Below are positions 52,955 to 64,000 of a stretch of 64,000 nt of DNA, in pieces. This stretch comes from Amoebidium appalachense (lineage: Eukaryota; Protista; Ichthyosporea). How positions within the stretch are numbered: position 1 is the stretch's first letter; every line of letters begins with the position of its first letter. A program made the translations under genes and the position numbers. The notes beneath the pieces were generated by a model. That model was not told where the DNA came from. It made no database searches and was given only the letters and a program-made list of their open reading frames with translations. The stretch spans positions 14,665,615 to 14,729,614 of the forward strand of contig CAVNZM010000002.1 in the NCBI GenBank assembly GCA_963693365.1. The letters are read 5' to 3'.

Positions 52955-54071
52955 CAAAATCGATACCGGCATGGGACGACGTCTGTATTTTCGCGGGATT
53001 TTCGGCAGTCCCCTCCCTCGCCCAATCGAATACAAGTATTTGGGGATTCCGGTGGACGAATGGGGCATATGTTTCAAACGGATGATCGACCGTCGGGTGG
53101 AGAGTGCAGGCAGGTGTCTTCGGTTATTTCGGGATGTGTATCTTGCTACTCTTTCTCATACTGTCCACCTATACAATCGTCTTAGTATATTTCGCACATA
53201 TATTCGCCCTTTGTCGGAATACGGGTTGCCCTTACTAGCTATGGCACCCCCTGATACTGTTACTAATGTGCTCAAATCATTAGATGATTTCCATTACACA
53301 ACTTGTTGTATGTTTCTCACTGGTCTTTCCACACCTATCCCTAGACGCCTTTTTGATTCTCTCTACGCACTCACACCACCATCACAACGCGTACACGAAT
53401 TAGCCCTTAAATTTCACGAGCACATCACCCGCCTGTCCGCTTGTGCCCCGGACCACCCGCTCTTCCGGCTACACGCATCCCCGCCGGATTCGCCCCTCTA
53501 CCTCTTCCCTTCCCCATCGTCTCTGCCCATTGCCGAGCGCTATGTGGAATGGCTGGCGACCCCCCCGGAGGTACGGCTAGATCATAGTGTGAATATGAAT
53601 AGTTTCAAGTCTATGGCTGATAGATATCTTTTTACTCTACGTGTTGAGTCCCTTCCGGTGTTAGGACCGCAAAAACACCAACTACTAGTAGCCTATATGG
53701 CGGATACGGTTAGAGAGTCTCGTTCATACATAGATTCGTTTATTCGTAATGTGGTGTGGTGTAAAAACGCAAAGATGATTATGGCTTGGCGGTGTAATCG
53801 GTTTCTGGTGTCTCCTGCTCGTATGTGTAATATGTGTGGGGGGCGGTTTACTCGCGGCTGCATATCTATCAATAAATGCAACCTGTTAGCTAATGTATTA
53901 GAACCGGAGGTTATTGGCGGTTTTATTCTCTTTTCTTCCTCTCTTCCTCAATATATCTGTTTTAAGATGACTATCCTAGATCACCTTATTAATGCTGCAC
54001 AGTATGATATTGTGATCCGGTGCCTTAACTTTCTTTCGGAGCTACCGATGCTAGCATCTGCTTACCCATAA
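52955..54071 (+). pseudogene. LINE ORF2 3' part: RT thumb and C-terminal Cys-rich knuckle
   Basis: EYKYLGIPVD, FRTYIRPLSEYGLP, DHPLF, WRCNRF..CNMCGGRFTRGCISINKC, ILDHLIN; stop at 54071. Confidence 0.88.
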
Positions 54072-55338
54072 TATGTAATAGGGGTGTCAGATACTACGAT
54101 GGCGCTCATTGTTGCCTAGCATGTACATATGTCACTGGCTGCATTTGATTGGCTGTGCTGGAAAACGCAGTAGGCCGTCGAATGTGGCTGGGCCTCCGGT
54201 AATGTCCACGCAATAAAAAGTGTGTAAACCCCCATGTTGTGCTTCTGTTTCTGAAAGTGCATTGGCCTATACGTGCACTGCATGTGGTCACACACTCTCT
54301 ATATACTCCAATTAGTAGTTATCGTGCATGCCAATCGAAGTGCTCCTAGCTAGTGTTTGCAAAGCATTGTGCAAGTGTGTGTGTGCGTGTGTGTGTGTAC
54401 ACGCGTGTGTTCCGGGGCCCCCCCGAGAGGGGGGGGCGAGGGGGGGGTTACCCCGTGATATTCAAGGGCTGAGCTACAAGCAAATAGTTTGGTCAGTAAT
54501 AAATCTTATTGATTCCGCATTCAGCTGCAGCTAGCAGATACACAAGTGCATGACATTCCTGATATATCCTTTATTCTTCTCTATGATCCCCCTGGAACCA
54601 TACATATAGACGACTAAAAAAGTAGCCTATCCCTCATGATTGCAATTGAACATCTATTTTGCCTGCAACCGTTTCTACAGTAATCCCTTATGGCCCAGTT
54701 GGCAATCTATCTCCACGACATAGATGACCCAGCTACCTATTACAATGAGCTAACACCAACAATCAAATGTCTGCCTGTACTATCACCATTACAGCTTGTT
54801 TATCACACAAAAACCGAGAGTCTCGGTAAAAAGGCCGGTACAGCAACTGCGAAATTGACTATTATATAAGAAAAGAAACAGGGATCCACCACCACAACGA
54901 AACAAATGATACTACAGAACCATTTCCAACAACCACAACCATACACACATCTGGTATAGAAAAGCGAGCAATAATCCAGAAGAAAACAAAAAATTTCGAA
55001 TGTGTGGCCCTAATTTGGTCAAGAAACAAAAGACAAGAGACACGCCGTGTCATAACATACCACCTCAATATATATATCATATCGACCTTCCATAATGCAT
55101 CCTGACCGAGCATCCCTCACACGGCTTCTTTAATATTTATTTGTTATTTCTTAGAAACCCTCATTTACCCAATTTTATCTATTTATTGATAGACATCAAG
55201 ATGGTTGCACCACATAACAACCAAACTAAGTCAAAACCCCACACATGCCACCGCTCAAATTTCATCAAGGGGGTGTTAACCCCCCAAAAACACACATACT
55301 GAGGAGCACGCATTTGTTTCCGAATGATCTGTAGCCAA

Positions 55339-55502
55339 TCACAAGAACGAGGGGTTGATGTAGGAGAAACCCTTGAAATCCGATTGGTCGATCTGGCCAA
55401 TCTCGCTTTGGTTGGTGGGCGTCAGCATCGGCGCCTCCTTGACGAACTCCTTGTCGAACTGCGACGTGTCCTGGTTGTGTTTCTGTTTTTTGTTTTGGTG
55501 TG

Positions 55503-55551
<49 letters not shown>

Positions 55552-55645
55552 TGTGTGTGTGTGTGTGTGCGTGTGTATGTGTGTGCGCGCGCCCGCGCGC
55601 GTGTGTGTGTGTGGAAGAAGAATGAATGGAGAAGGTGAAGAGGAA

Positions 55646-55691
<46 letters not shown>

Positions 55692-56026
55692 GGGGGGGAG
55701 TTAGCAAGGAATAGTGGCAACACTTACAGTATGGTCATTCATGCCACAGTGGCCAGGAATTAGAGGTCAAGTGAAAGCCTTTGAAGGAAAGGCATCTCGT
55801 TGTACGTGCGCATCCAACACCCACATAAGTCAGATTCTGGGTCTTGCATGTGCCTCTATGTACACACCACTACTCAGCCGCCGGGTGGTTCTGTGTGCCT
55901 TCAATGCGGGGCGCAATGCTTTCATAATGGCCTGACTCCGTCCCAAAAGAGCATGCCCGTGCACATGCATGTGAAGACTGTTTACAGGGGTACATGATGG
56001 GCATGAATTGGTGGAACAGGAGCCGG

Positions 56027-56067
<41 letters not shown>

Positions 56068-56090
56068 AGGTATGTGTGTGCGAGTGTGCG

Positions 56091-56122
<32 letters not shown>

Positions 56123-56148
56123 CGTGCGCGTGCGCGTGTGTGTGTGCT

Positions 56149-56205
<57 letters not shown>

Positions 56206-57624
56206 CTTCAAACGTACCACGGGGGGCACCAGGGGGGGCTGGATCTTGCGCTTTTCCAGGCGGGACCACTCGAGGCCCTTAAAGAAGTCATGGCGCCTAA
56301 TCTCCCAGGCACCCTCGGCCTTGCACCCCAGCCGCTTGGTGGGGTCCCGCTCAAGGAACTGCACCCATGCTGTATAAGCACCATACCAGATGTCTGCTAA
56401 TGCTAAATCTGTAGCGGAGGATATCAAGACATAAATGTAGTTCATGTGATAGTGACGGGATATACATGCCAAGCAAGAAGCCAATGATGCAAAAAATCGG
56501 TTAGAAGGCCTCGAGTGAACATTGTGAGCCCCCCCACCGGCTATCAGTTGCCCAGACAGCACATTTTCTGCCTTGACAAGCAAACTCCTACCGATAGACC
56601 TCTCATGTGGAATAGCTGCCACCAACGGAAAGAGAGGATGAGAGAAGGAGAAAGCAAAAAGACAATGACCCGGCAAGGCGGGAGGAGGGGGGAGGGGGGG
56701 GCTGCTACGTACCCCCTTGATGCAGTTCCGGGCCACTTCGGAAATGTAGGGCGGGAAATGCACATTGGCCTGTTGGGGACACACGTTAGCAAACACACTC
56801 GCACAAACAACACGGACTCTGCTTTCCCATGACACCATTGCAAACACCATGCTGCCAACACAACCAAGAACAAACCCTCTCCCTCCGATTCACCGTATGA
56901 TCGAAAAAGTGCCAGCTATGCGATTGCGAAGAGGAATCCAACAAAGCACATGCATGCATTCCCTTCCCCTCCTGGGGTCCCCTTCCCCCCTCGTTTTTAC
57001 CACATCTCCCATCATCTACTCCCTCCCTCTTTGGCCCCCCCCCTCCCCCCCTTTAACAAACGCACACACATCGACACACCCACAAACCTATACACAACCC
57101 CCCCCCCCCCCCCCCCCCCCCTCCCCCCCCCCCCAACACACACACACCCTCCCCCCGCAACCCCCAGCACACACCCAACAGATCCACTTACACTCTTGAT
57201 AGCATCAAACAGCTCATCCTCCGTCTCGGCCTCGAATGTAGGGCGGCCAGCCATCATCTCAAACATCAGAATGCCCAGGGCCCACCAGTCCACACTGAAC
57301 GAGTAGTCCAGCTCCAGCAGAATCTCGGGGGCAATGTAGTCCGGTGTGCCGCAGAACGTGGCCGTGGTGTCCCCGGGCTTTATGCCGTCCTTGCACATGC
57401 CAAAGTCTGCAAGCTTGATGTGGCCCTCGCTGTCCAGAAGCACGTTGTCCAGCTTGAGATCACTAACACCCCCCGCCTGTGTGAGTCCCGTGTGTACCTG
57501 CCTGTGCCCCCACCTCTCCCCCCCAAACAACACGCACACCTCCTCATTCTCCCCACCCTCCTCACTAACCGCCTAAACAAAACTCTTTCACGCGTACACA
57601 CACACCCGCACACCCATATTAGCC

Positions 57625-57669
<45 letters not shown>

Positions 57670-58437
57670 CTTCCACCCCCCGGCGCAAGGGGTCAAGAGA
57701 TAGCGAGTGAAGTGTTAGCAAACACAGCAAAAACACCACAGAGATAATGAAAGGGTGATGAGAGGAAGAGGTGCTTGCCTGGGTCCCTGGAGGGTGAATG
57801 AAGTGCGAAAGAGAACAGGGGGGTGGGGTAGGGGTGGGGGCATGGGGACGGGGGGGGAAGTGAGGGGGGAGGGGGGGGGGGGGGGGAGGGGGTTGGCTGA
57901 GCAGGAGTTCAGGCTGCAAAGAGCATGCAGATCTACGGCATGCACCCTTGGACCATCTGAATCTTCGTGTCTCCGAGAGATTTAACGGGGGGGGGGGGAG
58001 GGGGGGGGGGAGGGGGGGGGGGGAGGGGAAGGGGGGGAGGAAGGGGGGAGGAAGGGGGGAGAAGGGGATACAGCTCCATCCACAACCACATAAAAGGTGC
58101 AAGGGGACAATAAATATCATACACCCGTAACGTGGGAGATGTACGCATGTGTGTTTTTGCGCGCTCTTGGATGTAGGCATTCACGTACTTTTGTGTGTGC
58201 TTCTGTGTGTGTGTGCCGCGCGATATACAGTGGTGGTGGTTACAATGGGGTATGCTGTACATAGTGTAAAGTGTACAGAGACGACGAAGAAAACGGTTCA
58301 CTGCGTAAACCTCATCAGATCACTCTTTCAACTAACGCAAAACAATACACGGAGGGGAGGCAGGCAATGGAGTGTGCTGGTCTCTGTGTGGGTTTCAGTG
58401 TGTGGGTTTCAGTGTGTGGGTTTCAGTGTGTGGGTTT

Positions 58438-58503
<66 letters not shown>

Positions 58504-59072
58504 CTGTGGGTCTCTCTGTGTGCATGCGTGTGCCCGTGTTTGGAAGGCGGGGGGGGGGGGGGGGGGGGGGGGGGGGATATATGCACCGGTAGATGATGCC
58601 CTTACTGTGAAGATAGTCGAGGGCCGTGACAATCTCAGCAGCATAGAACCTGCCAGGCATGCACCGTCAGAAAACACGCAAATGAATAGTTATAAATGGT
58701 AAAAGAGCTCGACCCTCTTAAACGGAGGGATATGCTCCAGCGGTGTTCGGTTCCGTGATGTCAAGTACATTTTGCCTGCCAAAGAAACGGCATCGAAAAA
58801 GGCTGGGCAGACCAGAAAGAAGTACAAATCAGGCCTGCTTTGCCAATGGTCTTATGCAAACGGCACGGGGAGAGGGGAGGGAAGGACGGAGCGAGCAGAT
58901 GTATGAGGCCATTCACTAAGTGGCGTATATGACAGAATACGGTGTGCAAGGGCATGTAGCCTCTGTGGTGCGGATACGGGGGTGATATGGTTCAAACTTA
59001 GGAGGCACAGGTATGGGCGCAATCACGCCACACTTACTGTTCAAGTACATGCATGCATCATCACGTAGCGTG

Positions 59073-59147
<75 letters not shown>

Positions 59148-59582
59148 CGGGGGGGTATATCTTACTGCGCACGGGGTTCGGGGAAGTAGCCGTCCTTCCT
59201 GATTTGGAACATCAAATCACCACCGTTGAGGTACTCCATCACAAAGAAAAGACGGTCCTGCACGGTGAACCAACGTCAGTATGGCATGACGGGGGAAATG
59301 GGGGGGGGAGGGGGGAGGGAGTTGGTATGACATGTGAACCCACAGGGGGTAGATGCAGCTGTCAGGAACAGGGGGAAAGGGATAAGGTGGGCTGGTGGGG
59401 AGAGGCAGGTCGCGCCCAGGAGGGCCCCCCGGGGGGGGGGGGGGGGGGGGGAGGGGAGGCAGGAGGAAGGGGAGGGCAGGGAGGACAGAGTGCTGTCACA
59501 GAAAAACGTACAAACACGCAACAATAGAAGATACCACACAGATACCTTCACCAGAATCGGGTATGGGTATGGCGGGCAGGGG

Positions 59583-59636
<54 letters not shown>

Positions 59637-59823
59637 GGATGAACATACGTCAGTCTGGAAGGTGGAGTAGAGCTTAGTCAGAAAGGGGCAGTCCCCAGCC
59701 ACACTGAGCACGGCCTTCTCCACTTTGGCACACTCAAAGTCATCGTGCTCCACAATGTCTGCCTTCTTGAGCATCTTGATTGCAAACACATCACGCGTGC
59801 CCTTGCGCTCTGCAAGCATCACC

Positions 59824-59869
<46 letters not shown>

Positions 59870-60169
59870 GGGGTGATGGCGGGAGGGGGAGGGGAGAAGG
59901 AGGAGGAAAGGGGGGAAAGAGGAGGGGAAACGTGTGAACAAATGGGTATCTGAGCTACAGTGGCATGGTGTCGGATGAGACTTTTTTTTTTTTTTGGGGG
60001 GGGGGGGGGGTGTGGGTGGGTGCGCGGAAGGGGGGGGAGGGGGGGAAGGGGAGGGGACACAAGGGGGGGATGGAACGTGAAGATTGCATATTAAAAAGGA
60101 GGGGGGCTGCGTGTGTGCACGTAGAAGTCTGCCTACGTGCTTGCATAACCTGTGTAAATGTGCATCTTT

Positions 60170-60207
<38 letters not shown>

Positions 60208-60604
60208 TGTTGTGTGTGTTTGTGTCTATTAACTTCGTGTCAAATGGTGTGGAGTGGGTGGAGGGGGGGTAGGAGGGGTAGGAGGGGTAGGAGGGGAGGA
60301 GGGGGGAAGAGCAGGGTGTGTTTGCATGTGTGCTGGGTGATAGGGCATTCTAGAAGGGGCTCTGCACATTATTATTTTGAAAAATACCCGGGATAGGAGG
60401 AAAGGGAGGGGGGAGGTTGAAACTGGGGTTGGCGGGGTTGGGAAGAGCGACAGGAGTGTTCCTACTTGCAATCTACGGGTGTGGGTGTGCGTCTGTGAAC
60501 GTCTAATGGGTGTGTGCAATCACATGTGTGTATATGCGTGTTTGGATGTGCGGTCGTGTGTGCACTCTTGGGACCAGGCGGGGAGGGCGCGGGGAGCAGG
60601 TAGT

Positions 60605-60654
<50 letters not shown>

Positions 60655-60864
60655 TAAAGTGTCTGTGTGTGTGTGTGTGTGTGCCTGTACCTTGCCGAAG
60701 CTGCCACGGCCCAGCACGGCCAGGAAGTTGAAGTCGTTGAGGGACACGTTCTTGGACACCGTGTGCACCATCTGGGGCACGGGCTCCTGATAGTGCCACA
60801 ACACGAGGTCAGCACGGGATACACGTATGAGGCGGGGAGGGGGAGGAGGAGGGGCCGGCGGCGG

Positions 60865-60901
<37 letters not shown>

Positions 60902-61410
60902 GAGGGGCGGGGGGTTTGAATGCGGAACACGGTACGAAGTACGCATACACGATGAGAAGCATGGAAAAGGCAAACATTCAAGTATGCAACATCAGCCATG
61001 CGCACAGTATGCGTCATAAGCAGAGCCCATCATCAGGGAGGGCCCAAGTCATCAATTGCGTCTGAGTTTCGACCCCTTAGCCCGCGTATATACGAGGGGG
61101 GGGGGGGGTTTGAATGCGTTAAAAAGTACGAAGTACACAAGAACAAACGGATAACACGATGCAGAATGCAAGCCATACATAAAGAGTATGCATAATAAGC
61201 AGAGCCCATCCTCAGGGGGGGCCCACGTCATCCACAGTACCCGAGTTTCGACCTATTCCCCTCGTTAACGAAACCCAACTCAGATACTGTTTCACTGGGG
61301 GGGGGGAAGTTGGGGAGGGACAACTGGTTGAGGGAGAAGGAGTGGGAAAAAGACGGCCTAGGGGAAGGGCAGGCAGGAAGGGAGGGGCTGCTTGTCGTGT
61401 ATCTGTGTGT

Positions 61411-61457
<47 letters not shown>

Positions 61458-61480
61458 AGGGGGAGGGGGAAAGGGGATAA

Positions 61481-61511
<31 letters not shown>

Positions 61512-61815
61512 TTCCCAAGAAGGAGGGGATTGGAAGTGTTTGGGCAGATATGTGTGTTCTATCAAATCGAAACCCAGTCCCAGGCACGTGGGTGTACAAC
61601 CAGGTACATGTGGATTGGTAAATACAATGTGCAATATGTGTGTGTGGGTGTGTGGGTGTGTGTGTGTGTGTGTACACACACGTACGCCCCCCTTCGCCCC
61701 ACCCACCCCCTAAAAAACAAAACACACACCCACACCCATACACATACCCAACCAAGCACACACACCCTCCTCCCCTTCCCTTACCAGCCTCCCCATCCCT
61801 CCCTCCCTTCCCCCC

Positions 61816-61861
<46 letters not shown>

Positions 61862-62130
61862 CACACACACACACGTACCAGCCTCAGCTGGGCGTTGGCC
61901 TGCTCATAGAGCTTCTTCATAGCCTCGGGGTCAATCTTGGTCAGCCCCCCGTGGATACCGCACAGTGGCGCTACCTGCAGACAAGACAGAAAAAAGGGGA
62001 AAAAGACAAGTGAGAAAAGGTGGGGAATGGGTGACGGGCTATATGGTCAGGTAGAGGGAGGACAAAGAAGAGGCGATTCCGTGGAACAGAGCTCGAGTCG
62101 ACAAGACGAGGACTGGGTGGGTGGGTGGGT

Positions 62131-62161
<31 letters not shown>

Positions 62162-62300
62162 TGAGATTGAGAAAAAGAAAAGGGCACATACATGAAGATT
62201 CGTGTGGCAAGCATCTCAGGAATCAGCACAACAACACACACGGTGCGAAAAAAGATACGAGATAACGGAAGAAGGGAAACACGACAGGTAATTCTTCCCC

Positions 62301-62351
<51 letters not shown>

Positions 62352-63011
62352 AGAGCCCATCAACATAACCAAGAAGAAAAAGGACCACACAGGGACAACA
62401 TGCAAAACGACGTGAGCAAACAGGAATACGAGCTAACTAGCATTTAGATACACTTGTTGAGCCCTCGACATATGGCAATCAAAGTACTGACTATTCGGTG
62501 TGCAGTGAACACTTCACGTTCATTGTAGCAGCGCAGGCATACATGTTTCTTCTGACGCCTCTCTTCTGCACACAGACAGAATTCTATCTTTTTCTCGAGA
62601 CCCCCCCCCCCCCACACACACACGCACACACAACCCCCCCCCCCTCCCCTTGCCTCCAAGACACACACAGGCACAAACACGCACCGAGGTAGGTCTATAC
62701 GAAGGAAGCCCTAGGTATAGGGAGATCGGATGATAACCGGCTAAAAAAATACAATAATTGATAATAATTTACGAAAATAAAAAACATAAACCCAATAACC
62801 ATAACCCTATGTGTGTCTGGGCCCTAAATGGGGGGGCTGCCGCCCCCCAACCCCCCGCTAAATGGGCCTGACGGCCCCTTTATGTCGCTTGGGGATCGAA
62901 TCGTTCTCCCCTGATTTTACGTCATCGGATCGTGTTTTGTCCAATCAGGTGCGCGGGGACTTCCGGCGTATGGACTTGGGTGACACGCACCTACACACCC
63001 ACACATGTGCG

Positions 63012-63061
<50 letters not shown>

Positions 63062-63559
63062 CACACATGCACACGCACACACACACCCATCTGCACAACC
63101 GTCCCCTTCACTAACACCCCCTTTCTCCACTTAGGTTTGAACAAAAGGGAGCGGCATGCATGTTATTCCAAACGCTCTGAGAAGCAAACACGGGTGCACT
63201 TGGAAGCAGGGGCACGTACCGAGTCTTTGCACTTTTTGTGCACGTTCATCTTGCACTTTTGCTCCTGACATTGCATGCCCTGCACACCATAATCACAGTT
63301 AGAGCCAGCCATTAGTTAAAAGGGGGTGGGGAGTGGGGAGGAGGAGGGGAGGGGGGCAGGGGGGGGGGGGGAGGGGGAGGGGGGAGGGGGGGGGGGATGC
63401 AATATGATGGTATAAGCCACCATGAACCGGGAGAATATGGGGGTGGGTGGGTGGGTGGGGGGGGGGGGCGGGGGCTCCGATGCACTAAGACACGCAACAA
63501 GGTTGAAGTGGAGAGTGGGGAGAAAGAGGGGGGTGGGGGGCAGGGGTGGTTTTGGGGTG

Positions 63560-63611
<52 letters not shown>

Positions 63612-64000
63612 GGGGGCAAGATGGAAGGGGGCGAGCAGTTGAGAAGTTAATAACGACAGGCTGACATCGACAGCCAATCAAAAGAAAATAACGGCCCTGT
63701 GCATCCGCCAATCATTTCCATCCAAGCAACCCGTTGCATACTTTGCCACGACACGAAGCCTACCTTTGCCGAACGGGAGGGAGGGGAGGAATAGGGTTTG
63801 GGGGGGATTTGGGGATTTGGGGAGAAAAGGATATATGGAGCACACATGTGTTATGATACACGAGCGCATGATACTGATGTATAATACATAATCTAATACA
63901 CTAATACACGAGCACATGATACACACCTGGCGAACGGCGCCCCACAAGAGTGAGCCGCAGTGGTCGCAGAAGGTGGGGGTCATGTATGTGGATGTCTTGA
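55339..64000 (-). CDS. Protein kinase C, novel (epsilon/eta-like) class, 5'-partial
   Basis: C1 exons ~64000-63928 ([14 protein letters not shown]) and ~63279-63220 ([13 protein letters not shown]). Then ~61975-61878, 60787-60691 (LGRGSFGK), 59823-59650 (FAIKMLKK), 59257-59166 ([11 protein letters not shown]), 58650-58587, 57460-57191 ([21 protein letters not shown]), 56770-56712, 56359-56217, and 55482-55339 (LTPT turn motif, FKGFSY hydrophobic motif). No C2 domain lies between C1 and the kinase domain. Confidence 0.93.
60915..61255. repeat. Tandem pair (subtypes A+B) of the dispersed intronic repeat
   Basis: Both units run from a G-tract through TTTGAATGCG to AGAGCCCATC(A/C)TCAGGG..GGCCC..GTCATC..GAGTTTCGACC. 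Confidence 0.85.
62682..62982. mobile_element. Putative ~300-bp non-autonomous element with imperfect TIRs in a PKC intron
   Basis: AGGTCTATACGAAGGAAG versus the reverse complement of CTTCCGGCGTATGGACTT. Flanking direct repeat ACACG(CACC). Internal hairpin GGGGGGC-TGCC-GCCCCCC. Complex sequence within a low-complexity intron. Confidence 0.5.

Overview
Intron-rich eukaryotic genomic DNA, not prokaryotic. The novel-type PKC and sacsin-like genes suggest a unicellular holozoan or similar opisthokont (inference). Most short ORFs in the track are artefacts of poly-G/C runs and microsatellites. Manual splicing gives four host genes: (1) an 11-exon ZIP/ZupT-type metal transporter (-, 1881-10366); (2) a ~33-exon, ~3,100-aa sacsin-like protein with two GHKL/SIRPT repeats and a C-terminal C3HC4 RING (+, 14284-41696); (3) only the last two exons of a DNA polymerase alpha catalytic subunit (-, 43724-44429); (4) the 3' part of a novel (epsilon/eta-like) protein kinase C (-, 55339 to beyond 64000). 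Mobile DNA includes a decayed APE+RT non-LTR retrotransposon (~46041-54219, candidate 13-bp TSD) split by a 3.9-kb TIR element (TTAT TSD, 22-bp palindromes), a truncated relative of that LINE (~11120-12420), a TTAA-TSD MITE and a dispersed intronic repeat. The most striking structure is at ~45100-46040: degenerate telomere-like repeats and a minisatellite sit where the POLA1 gene breaks off. This looks like an internalised chromosome end or an assembly join.
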